Shown here: positions 1 to 12,665 of the stretch, one piece after another
How the letters are laid out: each line of letters starts with the position of its first letter
How positions within the stretch are numbered: the first letter of the stretch is position 1
NCBI RefSeq assembly: GCF_004010195.1
Contig: NW_025215082.1
Coordinates: 8,842 to 50,207 of the forward strand
DNA: 41,366 bases
Direction of reading: 5' to 3'
DNA from: Chiloscyllium plagiosum
Taxonomy: Eukaryota
Notes under the pieces: model-generated
The model's input: the letters and a program-made list of their open reading frames with translations, nothing else
Databases searched by the model: none
What the model was told of the DNA's origin: nothing
Translations under genes and position numbers: made by a program

Positions 1-19
1 AAACCTACTTATACACCAT

Positions 20-95
20 GTGTTTGTTATTATCTGTGGATAGAGGAACAGAGCTAACGTTTTGAGTCAGATCCGTTTCTCGTTCCGAACACAAG
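20..95 (-). mobile_element. Degraded Penelope pLTR fragment
   Basis: acagagctaacgttttgagtc...ttccgaac resembles the reverse complement of a PLE hammerhead-bearing terminus. Confidence 0.35.
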
Positions 96-629
96 TTTCC
101 TGCATGTCAACAATTGAGCAGACCTGAGAAAATGCCGAGTTGTTCAGACGGGTTTTCTGGAGTTGCAGGGATAACTCCCATTGATGAGAGATATAGTGGA
201 TGGGAAGGATCGATTTCAATGAGCAGAGAGATTAACAATACGGCAATGGTCGAGTAACAAAGATGTTCTTGTATTTTTACAGCGCCTTTCAGCACGACGT
301 CAGTCACAGGCACTGAAGGAACTTTGAAGTAGATGTGTCATTTTCAAAACTAAAGTGCTAATCAGGGCAGTTTGTTCAACCAGAGGTCAAAAAAGAGCAC
401 TCAGAACTGGCCCGAGAGACGCCAGTGAGATTATGCTTTACTTTAAGCGTTTGTTCCAATCTGGTTTATATCCAGAATAGTGCAGGACTGGAGGTTCTAA
501 TCTCAGGGGAAGGTGTTACCCACTAAGCCACAGATGAGGAGCATGTACTCACGTTCAGAGGGTAGCAAGTACGTAGAAGTATTTACGGCAGATGTCTGGC
601 AAGTCTCAGTATATTTAAGCCTGCAATTA

Positions 630-860
630 TCTCTGTATTAATAGCATGGAGCGAGTGGCAGGGTGAAATGTGCACAAATGTGCTGACAATTCACACTCGT
701 GGGAGCGCATATTATGTTCGGAACGTGGCATTTCGCACAGGCATATAGATAGGTTGAATGAATGGGGAATAACTTATCAGATGCAGTTTCATGTTGGCAT
801 TATGAGGTCATGCACTTTGGTCGGAGGAGTCAAAAGAAAGAACACTATTAAAACCGAGAG
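630..860 (+). mobile_element. CR1 LINE RT C-terminal fragment
   Basis: HKCADNS...RHIDRLNEWGITYQMQFHVG, then EVMHFGR in a shifted frame, matches the CR1 motif KFADD...DIDRLxEWxxxWQMxFNVxKCEVMHFG. Confidence 0.75.
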
Positions 861-1319
861 AAAGTAGAAGAAACGTGTGAGACAGGTGAATCTCATGCCT
901 GACACAAACATGTTTAGTATCATATTCTTTCCCTGACAAAAAGGATGGCTTCCTTGCCGAATGCTCACAATGAAAGAGATGGTTTCCAAGGAAAGTAAAA
1001 AACCCTGAAACAAATAGCCTAATCGAAAACAAAGGAAAGAATTGAGTCGTTCCAATGGACAACTTTGATGCTTATGGCTCTCTAAAATTTGTTTATAATG
1101 GAGCTGGAAGTGGGAATTGGGGGAGCTGGGGAGTGAAATTCAGGTCACCCATGATTGCTGTCATTCTTCGTCTGTTTCCCTCATTTTTTGTATGTTTTAT
1201 TTCGCATTGTGGTTACTGTGAGTGCGCTTGTAAACCACACCGCTGGTGACTTGTTTCCCAGAGAGTTCTTCAACACGACTCGTAATATTCAACATTCTTC
1301 TCTCCTGAATCTAGGTAAT

Positions 1320-1990
1320 CTCTAAACATCCAGAAGCTCGACATTTTCCACGCCTGTCTGCCTTCTTGCAATATCAATTGGTTCATCACTGTGCTCCTGT
1401 TGCACAAATCAAGAACGAACCAAACCGCATCAATTGCATCGAGGCTGCGAACGCAGATAACTGCAGCCGCTCCCCAGAGTACTGGCAACTGTTTGATCAC
1501 AGAAGCACACATTGAACAGCCAGGAAACTCAAAATAATTACAATGCCAGAGGCCGTGCCGGAACGGCACCGAGAAACAACAGAAACACTCTTTTGAGCTC
1601 CGGACCTGGTTATATTTTTCAATCAGCAATCGAAGTTTACAGTGGTTATATCAACTGATCCCTCACTCAAGGAACCAACAACTGCTGCAAACGGAGGAGA
1701 AAATGAGGACTTTGCATACTGGACATCAGAGTCTAGAGTCCGGTGCTGGAAAACACAGCAGGTCAGACAGCATCTGAGGAGCAGGAGAATCGATGTTTTG
1801 GGCATGTGCCTGATGACTTGCTCATGCCAGAAACGTCCATTCTCCTGTTTCTTGGATGCTGCCTAACCTGCTGTACTTTTCCAGCAACACCGTCTCCATT
1901 GCTGCAGACCATCATACAATCCAAGCTTCCAGCTGCAGAATCAGCAACACTCAGTGTAATGAGTCAACCTATTGAGGACACCTGACAGTG
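1320..1990 (+). mobile_element. Probable highly degraded Penelope ORF N-terminal region, interrupted by a pLTR palindrome
   Basis: There is weak peptide resemblance (QKLDIFHACL; AAESATLS...EDT*Q) and it sits next to a clear PLE endonuclease fragment. Confidence 0.3.
1697..1892. mobile_element. Head-to-head pair of Penelope pLTR ends forming an inverted repeat
   Basis: The left arm tgctggaaaacacagcaggtcagacagcatctgaggagcaggagaatcgatgttttgggcatg is the imperfect reverse complement of the right arm catgccagaaacgtccattctcc...ccagca. The same family occurs at 19978-20105, 21850-21960, 30890-31022, 35715-35842 and 40997-41125. Confidence 0.8.
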
Positions 1991-2012
1991 GTGTTTAGTG
2001 TCAAGTAGATTT

Positions 2013-2300
2013 TCATGAATGCGTGTCGTGAATTGTCTGCCCTGTATAATGTTCCCTGCTCTCACTACGTGCAACATTGTTTGACCATATTTGTATTGTA
2101 CATGATGGGTATTGGGTCCATTGTTCTGGTGAGTTGTTGACTAAATGTGGCTTTCGGTTTATATTCTCTAATAAATCCGAGTAGTCAAAGGCTGTCCGTT
2201 CCGAGACATTTATCCTTGATGTGTTGGGTCTTGGCATGCCCTCCTAACGTTGTTTTTCTGCAAGGAATTTGCGGGAATATCTATTGTTGCAATGCATTTC
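2013..2300 (-). mobile_element. Penelope linker and N-half of the GIY-YIG endonuclease (inverted segment)
   Basis: The minus-strand peptide MPRP...NVSERTA...EHYTGQT resembles PLE 'DMPQP...NVSELTARLL...HYIGQT...IHEH'. Confidence 0.7.
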
Positions 2301-2339
2301 TGGAGGATCCAGTAAACACCACAATCAGTTGTACAGAGT

Positions 2340-2715
2340 GGCAATGCACAGACATGACGAGGTCAACAAATTCGACCAGAACAACACAACAATAATTGGA
2401 CAATAGTGGGCAGCCAGAAATTTTCTAGAATGACGAGACTCATCCAATGACTCCATCAAAGAACATGTTGACCTGGACGTAACATACCGGGACCTGCAAT
2501 GAACGGCAAGAAGCAGCAACTGAAAGCAGTGGGAAGGAAATCACACCAATTTGAAACGCTACAGGACAGCAGAGCTTCATAAGAGTCTCATCAGCCTTGA
2601 GGATGTCACCGAGAAAGGGCAGGAAACTGCTACAAACCAACTTCTCAACACTAACGAACATCCACACACCATCTGCAAACTTCACTGGAACTACAAATCT
2701 TTACACAAACCTTGA
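2340..2715 (+). mobile_element. Penelope GIY-YIG C-half plus pLTR
   Basis: KFDQNNTTIIGQ...ARNFLE*..SSNDSIKEHVDLDVTYRDLQ matches PLE 'FDWDNTTIIGQ..AREFLEAWHS..SINKHIDLDPIY'. It is followed by a degenerate hammerhead motif (2597-2627) and a ctacaaatctt terminus. Confidence 0.8.
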
Positions 2716-2974
2716 AACCCTGAAACAGTCATGGCCGCCCCAGCAGGAAAATGAACCCTTGCATCCCACATGACAGCTGAGGATACGAAACGTCATACGC
2801 CAGTGGTCGTCAGAGCGAACTGCTCTTGCAAGGTATTGTGCGTGGTCTTGTCAAAATAACTGCTTGGTTATCCTCATCCAATTTTTCATCGTTTGACATT
2901 GTGTGCGTTTAACACTAAAAATTGACATCTGAATATCTCTGAAGTTTCTGAGAATTTCTGCCGTTCCAACACTT

Positions 2975-3450
2975 AGAGACAGGGAGTTCCAGATTCCAAC
3001 CACTCGTTGTCTGATAACGTTTTTTAATGCAGCTCCCCAAACCTTTTTACTCTTATCTTAAATCTATGGCTCCTTGGTGATTGATCCCTCCATCAAATGT
3101 TTCGTTAAGTGTACATAAATCCATACCGCTCATCATTTCGTACATCTCGACACTGTCTCATCGCAATTTCCCCTTCTTTCAGAAAAACAACGCCAGACTA
3201 TCTAAACTCTTTAATAGTTGAAGTTCTTCAATCCAGATAATATGTTGGCAAATCACTTCTGCATCGTTTCCACAGTTGTCATATCAGTGTTATAATGTGA
3301 ATTGCAAAATTATACACAATACTCTAGCGAGGACAAATGATGACTTGAAATAAATGTGGCGAGATCAGAGAATTGGTCTTTTCCAATAAAGTCATTCCCT
3401 CGATACTGTTCCCTGCCCTTTACATGAACCCAATGCTCCAATGATCTCTG
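2975..3450 (-). mobile_element. CR1 LINE 3' end fragment
   Basis: It contains typical antisense CR1 3' sequence (gagttccagattccaaccactc, cttaaatctatg, acacaatactc), homologous to other copies in the window. Confidence 0.7.
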
Positions 3451-3593
3451 ATCCATGCAAATAAAACACTATACGTGAGGATTCAAAACCCAACCACATT
3501 GTCTGATAGCATTAAGTGGCTTAATGGTCCTGATGGTGATATTGGCTCACGTTCACTTAACAAGTGTGACAGCTACAGCACAGACTTAACGGT

Positions 3594-3696
3594 NNNNNNN
3601 NNNNNNNNNNNNNNNNNNNNNNNNNNNNNNNNNNNNNNNNNNNNNNNNNNNNNNNNNNNNNNNNNNNNNNNNNNNNNNNNNNNNNNNNNNNNNNNN
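3594..3696. other. Assembly gap (N run)
   Basis: Run of N. Confidence 1.
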
Positions 3697-4289
3697 TATT
3701 CGATTACATGAAAAAGCACAATACAAAAAGCCTTTAATGCAATGGCAGAGGTAGTCGAGGAACCGCATCACATACACAACACGAAAGCCCACTGAGACTG
3801 GATTGATTCGTCACCATCAATGTCCCCAGTGGCTGTGGAGATTCCATCATTGAGAATGTTGAAGATTGAATTCGATAGATTTCAATAAAAGATGAAATGT
3901 ACAGTCGAGAGTTCACAAATATTGTTGAAATATTGGTTTCAATAAACATGAAGTTTCACATCGTAACTTTACCCGTGCCGTGAGACAAGGAAGAAACTAT
4001 TATTGCACACTCACATCACACCGGTTCCCAGGTCTGGACTCAGTGAAACTGTGTACGCAGTGGCGAAGATTCGATTGGAAATTGAGAGTGGGACGAACGA
4101 GTGGATATCTACTTTGCCTGCCAGTGACAAACTCCGTGAGCATGCACTCCTACTGTGAAGGTAGAGAGGCCCGTGAAACACCGAGGCGGGGAGTTCCAAA
4201 CTCGCTCGGTGAAACTTCTGTTGATATGGCGCAGAGGGCATTGGGTCGTGGGAAAAGATCCTGAGCTATTTTATTCTGAATTGAAATGA

Positions 4290-4608
4290 TTTGATTAGAT
4301 TCCCTGCAGGATGAAAACATGCCCTTCGGCCCAACTTGTTCACAACAACCCTCCGAAGATCAACCCAACCCAACTCTATGGTTACCCCTGCCTAATGCAC
4401 CTAACATTATGGACAATTTAGCATGACCAATTCACGTGATGTGCATATCTTTTAGATTGTGGGGGGTACCGGGGTACACGGAGGAAACACATACAGACAC
4501 AGGGAGAACGTGTAAACTCCACACAGACAGTCTCCCGAGGCTGGAATCGGAACTGGGACCCGGGTGCTATGAGGCAGCCATGTGAACCAATGAGCCAACG
4601 TGCCACAC
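4290..4608 (-). mobile_element. HE1-type tRNA-derived V-SINE, near full length
   Basis: The reverse complement starts gtggcacgttggctcattggttcac (A box) and ggtcccagttccgattcc (B box), has the central tgtgtggagtttacacgttctccctgtgtctg domain, and ends in the CR1-like tail gggccgaagggc. It is homologous to 31058-31312. Confidence 0.9.
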
Positions 4609-4629
4609 ATTTGCTCACTGAATTGGCGC

Positions 4630-6540
4630 CCGCAGCCCTCTACAGCAACTATCTCCAAAGAATCACCACTCTCTGACTGAATATATTCCTCCACGTCTCA
4701 TTTCCAAATTGTTATCGCTTCACTTTGTCTCTGTGCCCTCGGGTTCCAGTGTGTCATAGTGGGTGAAACATTTTTTGCCACATTGGCTCTGCACAGGCCT
4801 CTCAGCACTCTGTAAATTTCAAATAAACTGAGTCATTGACAAAGACATCATTGAAACAGACCGCTGTTCCAAACAGTCCATGCTACCATTTACCGAAACT
4901 AACGGAGTACCAACTACCTGTATTGGGCCCATATCTCTCTTTCCATGTCCTATTCATGAACTTATCTAAGTGTCTTTTAAATGTTGTAACTTTATCCACA
5001 TTCCTACTTCCTCTAGAACTTTGCACAGGATACATACCGTGTAAAGTAAAACAAAGTGAACCTCGTGTACTTTTTTCACTTTTGTCCTCACACCTTGAAA
5101 ATACGCCCACTAGTCCTGAAATACCCCAAAGAAGGAAAGCACCGTTGGAGTTGAGCTAATCTGTACCCCTCAGGATTTAAAAAAAAACATTTCTCCGGTA
5201 AACGTCAAGCTCCTGTGCACCTTTGAAAGAAGTCCCAGCCAATCCAGCCTCCCCTTACAGCTCAATCCATTCATTCCTAGCAACATACTGGTAAATCTCT
5301 TCTTGACTCTGTCCAGCTTAATATTCTTTTTTGTCTGTCTTGGAAACCAGAACATAGACACAATACTACAGAAGGTGCCTCGCCAACATCCTGTACAACC
5401 TCAGGATAACGTCCCAACTTCAACACTGAGCAACGCATGAAAGCGTTCTAACAGCATTTTAACGAAGCTGACGATATGTGACAGGACTTCCAAAGTTCAT
5501 TCCGTGACCTATTCACGTGTCTATTGCGCAGGACTATTCAAAGCTGTACTTGTAATTGTACAAGTGCTACATCCCTTTATAATTCAAACTGCAGGACGTT
5601 ATATTTGTTCAAGATAATTTCTCTTTTCCATTCATTTAATCATATACCCGAATGATCAATGTCTCTTTTAATCTTCTATAACCTCAGATAACCTTCTTCT
5701 CTGTCGACTGTACCACCATGTAGAGTTGTAGCGTCCCTCAGCACAGAAACTGGTACATACTGATCATAATTCCGGTCCACATTAACCGCATTTCTCTGCA
5801 CTTGGACCATATCATTCTAATCCTTTGCTATCCATGTATTTGTCCAAAAGCCTTTTTAAATGTTCTTCGTGCACACACAAAGACTTTTGCTGTCATCTCA
5901 TGAAATGCATGTCGCTCATGTTAGTGTCAACCACAAACCGATGATCCCTGCCTTCCATATTGTCACCTAAAACATTTACATCAGTCACAAACAAAGGAGC
6001 CATCACTGATCCCTGTGGAACACTGCTGGTCACAAGCCTCCAGTCTAATAAACAACACACCAAAATCTCACCCTTTCTCTTGTTGTTAATTGAATTTTGT
6101 ATCCAATTTGCAAACTCACTGTGAACCACATCTGATCTAACTTTACTCGTTAGTCTTTCATGTTGAATATAGTTAAACGCTTTCCTAAAGCCTAAGTAAG
6201 CAAAGATATTTGTTCTTGCCTCATCAATCCCTTTGCGTACTTGATCAAAACCTCAAAAATTTGTGAGACCCAATTTCCATCTCACTAAACCATACTGATG
6301 ATCCCCTATTTTTCCTGGATTCTGAAAATGTTATCTTCCAAAACCACCTCAAAAAACTTGCGAACTATCAATTTCAAACTCACAAGCCTGGAGATTCCAG
6401 TCTTTTCCTTGTATCCATTCTTCAACAAGGTTCGTCAATGTCCAGTCATTTTAAATCACACCCATATTTAGAGAGGACACAATTATCTCAGCAAGGAGTC
6501 TTGCAATTTCCGCGCTTCCCTCCCATAATGCTTTGGGATT
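4630..6540 (-). mobile_element. Nested CR1 LINE 3' ends and RT region
   Basis: Minus-strand peptides include VTTFKRHLDKFMNR, KLDRVKKRFTSMLLGM and WRLVTSSVPQGSVMAPLF...RFVVDT (GVPQGS/FADD motifs). Confidence 0.85.
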
Positions 6541-7215
6541 CAGTACAAACACAGGGTAAACCGAGATGCTAATTGAAACTAGCAACACAGAAAAATATTT
6601 ACCCCGTGCTGTAATCTGTGAAAGTTCGATAGTCAAAACGTTTCGCAAAGGTCACGATTTAAAGGGAAAATTATCAAAATTTTTCTTTATGTCTAACAGA
6701 GAATGAAAACTAACAACTATTTACAACTAGTTTCTCTTAAACCCATCTTTTACCTTCCACTCCGCAATAATATTCAGATTCTAAAAAGATTCCCAATAAT
6801 GATTTAAAAAGTTATCATGATTCAAAACCACTCAGCTTTTTCAAGTCTCCTTTTGTGGATTTTTCTGGCAAGATTCTCTTCAAGTTTTCCTCGATGTTCT
6901 GCCATGCAAACACATTTCCAGGAAGGTACATTTGTAGTATCTCTTGAGCTCGACGTCTCTGACGCAGTCCTGGCTGTTGAAAATGTCCTGATTTATACCC
7001 CAAAACATCGGATTATTTCATTGGCTTTAATATTATCAAAATGTGAAGTTCACACCTGATTTTGATTTCGGATCTTGATTCATAATTTAAGCTGATTGCA
7101 ATCCAGATCTGCTGGCTCTTTCGAACAAATGCCACATTGTTCCCTTGGTCAGATCAGGTTGTTCTGTGTCCTTGCAAGCTTTTCAACTCTTCTTTTTCAC
7201 ACCACGTTCATAACA
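6541..7215 (-). mobile_element. Solo LTR (Gypsy/Gmr1-like) inserted into a CR1
   Basis: On the minus strand it begins TGTTATGAA, like the LTR at 38232. Its 3' part (acagattacagcacggggtaaatatttttctgtgttgctagtttcaatta) resembles 38905-38955. CR1 sequence resumes collinearly at 7216. Confidence 0.65.
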
Positions 7216-8054
7216 ATACACTAGTCCAGGATCTGGAGTTTTATACGCCTTTTACATTTTCTGAGATGTCCAGTAATTATTTTCTTTCCTGTAATATGAA
7301 ATGTTTATCAGTATGTATTTCCATGATTTCTGTAGCCTCATTAAGTCTAACATATCCTTGGCGAACAAATTTCCCAAACTGAGCTGTTCCACCTTGCTTG
7401 AATCCCTCTAAACACTTCCTCTTCGTCTAAACGTCCAAATGTCTTATAAAATAATGTAGCAGTACCTCTAGGTACCAGTTGCTCTAGCAGTTGATTCCAT
7501 GTGCAAGCCATCCTCTGTGTGAAAAGGATGTCTTGTCATTCGGTGTAAATCTTATGAGGTCTGGACTCCCGGATCCAAGGGAAAACGAACTTTGCTGTTC
7601 GCCTTATCGAGAGCACTCTTGATTTTATGAATCTATATAAAGTCATCTTCGACCTCCGATGTTGCAGTCCGACAAGGCAAAGCCTGCTCGTTGTATTAAA
7701 AATCCAGTCCTGAGAACATGTAGACTCTTTGTCGCATGAGGCCAGATAGAGTCGAATGCAATCCATCCGCTAGAAACATCACCGAACCTCAAATTATTGA
7801 TGCTTGGTCAAATAGTTTCGGAAAAGGTATCGTCCTCTTCACATATGGAGAGTGAACATTTGGTCTCGCTGTCTCCATAATAAAAAATGACGTGAAAAAT
7901 TCGTTTAATGCCTTTTCCATCTGCTGAGCTCAAAAGCAATGTTAACCTCCTTGATCTTTCAGGTAATATTTCTCGGGTTGTTCTCTTGCCAGATATGTAC
8001 TTGTAGACCCTCTTTGGATTATCTTCAGCCCTGGCAGATTAAATTATTTCATAT
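7216..8054 (-). mobile_element. CR1 LINE fragments
   Basis: It continues the CR1 interrupted at 6540 (compare 11980-12100), with a further 3'-end copy at about 7385-7700. Confidence 0.65.
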
Positions 8055-8235
8055 NNNNNNNNNNNNNNNNNNNNNNNNNNNNNNNNNNNNNNNNNNNNNN
8101 NNNNNNNNNNNNNNNNNNNNNNNNNNNNNNNNNNNNNNNNNNNNNNNNNNNNNNNNNNNNNNNNNNNNNNNNNNNNNNNNNNNNNNNNNNNNNNNNNNNN
8201 NNNNNNNNNNNNNNNNNNNNNNNNNNNNNNNNNNN
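8055..8235. other. Assembly gap (N run)
   Basis: Run of N. Confidence 1.
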
Positions 8236-8289
8236 ACTAATCATCTGTAAAACGTAAGGTTATGTACTGTTGCTCAGTTTGGAGATGAC

Positions 8290-8995
8290 ACAAAATAGAT
8301 ATGGATGCAAGTAATGAGGGTGGCACAGCAACATTCTGGACGGACAGAATCAGGATAAACAAGTGGACAAAAACGTAGCAGCATATAACATGCAAAAAAA
8401 GAGGTTTATGCGTTTTGGCAGATATAAATATTAAGTGAGGACAAAGCATCAGTACACAGCACAAAGCATCAGTATACAGAGCACTTCGATTCCTTGTACA
8501 TGAAATATGAAAAGCTAGCATCCAGTTTCAGCAGGTAATCGGGAAGTCAAATAATTTTGTTTCACTTTATTGAAACGGAATGGGGACATACGTTTTTTTT
8601 AATACACATGGCATTAGTCAGATCAGAGCTGAATTAATGTGAACAAATTTAGTCCCCCTATTTTAGGAATAGCAGTTCAGGGAAATTTAACATAAATCAT
8701 CCTGGATATGGGAGAATATTCTCGGGAGATGAAATTGAGAATATTGCCCCTGTACTCATTGGAGTGTAGAATAATGTAACAAGACTTTACTGGGACACAT
8801 TAGATTATGAGGGACATGATAGGATAATTTGGGAGAGAATGATTCGCCTTGTCTGAGAATCGAAGACCCAGATAACATAATCTCAGAGTAAGTAGTAACC
8901 TATTTAAGAAAGATGTGGAGTAATTTCTTTCTCTTCGAGCCGACTGAATATGTGAAAGTATTTAGTGCAGTCCGCTCGAGAAATTGGCAGCTCAG
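8290..8995 (+). mobile_element. Old CR1 LINE 3' fragment
   Basis: Degenerate RT C-terminal and 3' sequence (cagcaggtaatcgggaag, tgtactcattggagtgtagaa, cataatctcagagtaag). Confidence 0.65.
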
Positions 8996-9009
8996 TGTAT
9001 CCAATATTA

Positions 9010-10098
9010 CACTGAGATTAGGGAGGGTGGTAGAAAAGGAGGGAGTGTGGGGTTGCTAATTAGAAATGGTATAATGGCTGCAGAAAGGCATTTCGAGGTG
9101 GGTTCTGCCTTTGGAGGTAGTATGGGCTGAAGTCAGAAATAGGAAAGGAGCAGTCACCTTGTTGGGTGTTTACTATAGGCCCGCCAAAAGCAGCAGAGAT
9201 GTGGAGAAACAGATTGGGAAACAGATTTTGGAAAGGTGCAGAAGCCACTGGGTAGTAGTCTTGGGCGATTTCAACTTCCCAAATATTGATTGGAAGCTCG
9301 TTAGATCAAGTATATTGGACGGGGCGGTGTTTGTGCAGTGCGTCCAGGAAGCTTTTCTAACTCAGTATGTAGATTGTCCGACCAGAGGGGAGGCCATATT
9401 GGATTTGGTACTCGGTAACGAACCAGGATAAGTGATGGGCATGTTAGTGGGTGAGTATTTTGGTGATCGGTGACCACAATTCTGTGACTTTCACATTGGT
9501 TATGGAGATAGAGAGGTGCATGCAACAGGGTAGGTTTTACAATTGGGGGAAGGGTAAATACGATCCTGCTAGACAGGATCTGAGGATTATAAATTGGGGG
9601 CATAGGATGTCAGGGAAGGATGTCGTTGAAAGGTGGAACTTTTTCAAGGTGCAGATACGACGTGTCCTTGATATGTATGTACCTTTCAGGCAGGAAAGAT
9701 ATGGTCGTGTGAGGGAACCTTGGTTGACTAGGGAGGTTGAATATCTAGTAAAGAGGAAGAAGGAGGCTTACATAAGGCTGAGGAAACAAGGTTCAGACAG
9801 AGCGTTGGAGGGATACAGGATAGCCAGCAAGGAGCTGAACAAAGGGATTAGGACAGCTAAGAGAGGACATGAAAAATCTTTGGCGGATAGGATCAAGGAT
9901 AACCCCAAGGCCTTTTATGTGTATGTGAGAAACATGAGAATGACGAGAACGAGGGGAGGTCCGATCAAGGACAGTAGTGGGAGACTGTGTATTGAGTCGG
10001 AAGAGAGAGGAGAGGTCTTGAATAAATACTTTTGTTCAGTATTTACAAATGAGAGGGACCGTATTGTTGAAGAGGAGAGTGTGAAACGGACTGGTAAT
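9010..10098 (+). mobile_element. Relatively young CR1 ORF2 fragment: APE endonuclease plus linker
   Basis: The ORFs at 9111-9431 and 9451-10131 contain LGVYYRP, LGDFNFPNIDW, PTRGEAILDLVLGNE, GDHN, PWLTREV, IKDNPKAFYVYV and LNKYFCSVFT, with few disablements. Confidence 0.93.
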
Positions 10099-10189
10099 AT
10101 TTTACTCTCAGCAATTGAACAAACATGCTGACTGACAGAATTCAGAGGCTGAATAGCCTCCTCCTGTTCCTGTGTTATACACTCAAGAG

Positions 10190-12660
10190 GCAATAGAGTC
10201 TCAGAGATGTACAGCACAGAAAAATACCTTTCGGTCTGATCGTCCATACCAACCAAATACCCTAAATAAATCTCGTCACCCTAGCCAGCACTTGGCCCAT
10301 CTCCCTCTAAACACTTCCCATGCATGTATCCATCCAAATGCCTTTTAAATGGTGTAACTGCACCTGCCTCCACCACCTCGTTTGGCTGTTCAATCCACAC
10401 ACACAGCAGTCTCTGTGTCAAAATGTTGTCCCTCATGTCCCTTTTTAAATCTTTCCCCTTTCACCTTAAACCTTTGTCTTCTAATTTTGGACTCGCCTGT
10501 CCTGGGTAAAAGATGATGACTGTTTACCTTATCTATGCCCCTCATGATTTTATAAACGTCTTTAATGTCACCTCTCAGCTTCAACACTTGAAAATAGCCC
10601 CAGCCTATTCAAACTCTCCCTGTAACTCTAACCCTCCAATTATTTTAAATCTCTTCTGCAGCCTTTCAAGTTTGACAACATCTTTCCGACAGCAGGGTGA
10701 CCAGGATTAAAGTCAATATTACAAAAGTGGCCAAACCAATGTCCTGTACAGATGCAACATACCTTGCAAATGTTTAGACACAAAGCACGCACCAATAAAG
10801 GGAAGACCACCAAGTGCCTCCTTCACTGCGCTGTCTACCTTTGACGGCACTTTCAAGGAACGGAGAACCTGCACCACAAGGTGACACAGTAGCTCAGTGG
10901 CTAGCATTGCTGCTTCAGAGCGCAGCGATCTGGCTTTAATTCCATCCTTGAATGACTGCCTTTTCCTCCGACAGTATAAAGGTATACAGATAAGGGGAGA
11001 TTGGCCAATGCCAATTGTGTATAGTATCCAGGGATGTGTAGGCGAGGTGGATTAGCCATGGGAAATGTAGGCTCAGAGGGATAGGATAGGGTTTGTCCAA
11101 TGGGATACTATTTAGAGGGACGGTGTGGCCTCGATGGGCCGAATAGCCTGTTTCCTCACTGTAGGGATTCGATAATTTCTATGGCGTTCTCCTTGATTGG
11201 CAGCTTTCGACAGGACCCTACCTACATGTCTTGCCTTGGTTTGTCTTGCCAAAATGCAACAAATCACATTTAACTAAAATAAATTCCATCTGCCACTCCT
11301 CGGTTCACCTAAGCAAGGTCCCATTATAGTCTGAGAGTTCATTCTACACTGTTGACTACACTACCAAATTTGGAATTATCTACAAACTTACTGACCGTAC
11401 ATCATATACTCAAATGCAAATGATTTGTATGAGTGACTAAAAGCAGTGGACCCACTATTGATCTTTGTGGCACGCCACTGGTCACAGGTCTCCAAGTTTA
11501 ATGAACAAATGTCCACTGTCACGCCCTGTCTCCAATATTCAAGAATATTTTGGATCTAAATGGCGAGTTCTCCCTGGATCCGAGGAAGTCTAACCTTGCT
11601 AACCAGTCTACCATGTAGAACATTTTGGTTTTCTTACTGAATTCCATAATGACAACAACTACTGTCCTGCCTTCATCAACCATCTTCATCACTTCCTCAA
11701 AAAATTCCACCGAGTCAGTAGGATGTGATCTCCAATGTACAAAGCCCTCTTCAGTCCTTGTCGTTCCAAATGCATATACATCCTTTCCCTCAAAATCCCC
11801 TCCAACAATTTAGTCACCATTGACGTCAGGCTCACCGAACTATAGTTACCTGGTTTTTCCTTACTTTCTTAAATAATGACACTATGTTAGCAGCCCTTCA
11901 GTCTTTTGACACCTCACCTGTTAAAATCGATTATATAAATATATAAGCAAAATGCAGACCAATTTCTTTCCTAGTTTCCCACAAACATCTGGGATACAAC
12001 TGATCAGTTTCCAGGGATTTGTTCATCTTTATATGTTTTAAAATGTCCAACACCTCCTTGTAATATAGACACTTTTCAAGATATCACTATTTATTTCTTC
12101 ATTCTCTCGCTCTTGTAAACTGCTCCACATTAAATACTGCCTCCAATCTCCTGTGGTTCTACACATAAAGTCTTTAAGGGTCCCTATTCTCTCCCGGGTT
12201 AATCTTTTGCCATTAAAGGATTTGTAGAATTTCTTCAATGCCTCGTTAACCCATTTCTAAAGCCATCTCATGTCCACATTTTTCTGGCCCGATTTCCCCA
12301 TTGACTATACAGGTATTGCCCTTATACCCCTCTCAGGATTCATTTGATATCAGCTCTGTTAACCTGACATATGCCTCCTTCCTTACCTTGACCAGAGCAT
12401 CAATATATCTAGCCATCCAGCACTCCTTGCACCCACCAGCCTTGCCCTCTCACTAATAGGAACACGTTGGCTCTGGATTCTCTGAAATCAAGTTTTCATG
12501 GCCTTGCATTTTCCAACCATCCCTTTACCTGTGAATAGGGTATTCCAATCAGCCTTTCACAGGGCTCACCTAACACTTTCAAAATTGGCCTTGTTCAAAG
12601 TTAGAAGTTTAATGTTTACATCAGGTCTTTCCTATTCCAAAACTAATTTAAAACTAATGT
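10190..12660 (-). mobile_element. CR1 LINE, about 2.4 kb 3' portion with degraded ORF2
   Basis: It has a 3' tail at 10190. Minus-strand peptides include LRGDIKDVYKIMRGIDKV, MLHLYRTLVWPLL, EFFEEVMKMVDEGRTV...FSK and KFYKSFNGKRLTRERIG. Confidence 0.9.
10879..11180 (+). mobile_element. HE1-type SINE with internal deletion, inserted in CR1
   Basis: Head ggtgacacagtagctcagtggctagcattgctgc; tail gatgggccgaatagcctgtttcctcactgtagggattc. Confidence 0.85.
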
Positions 12661-12665
12661 ATATG

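Noticed and set aside
1151..1325. Hydrophobic 22-codon ORF plus a phase-1 gtgagt donor (1218) and an AG at 1314, resembling an Ig/TCR leader exon
   Set aside because: Splicing gives an immediate stop (TGT AAT CTC TAA). No V-domain motifs or RSS follow, and the context looks PLE-derived.
3697..4265. Possible degraded PLE RT or unique exon
   Set aside because: Only a vague resemblance, with no motif I can defend; left unannotated.
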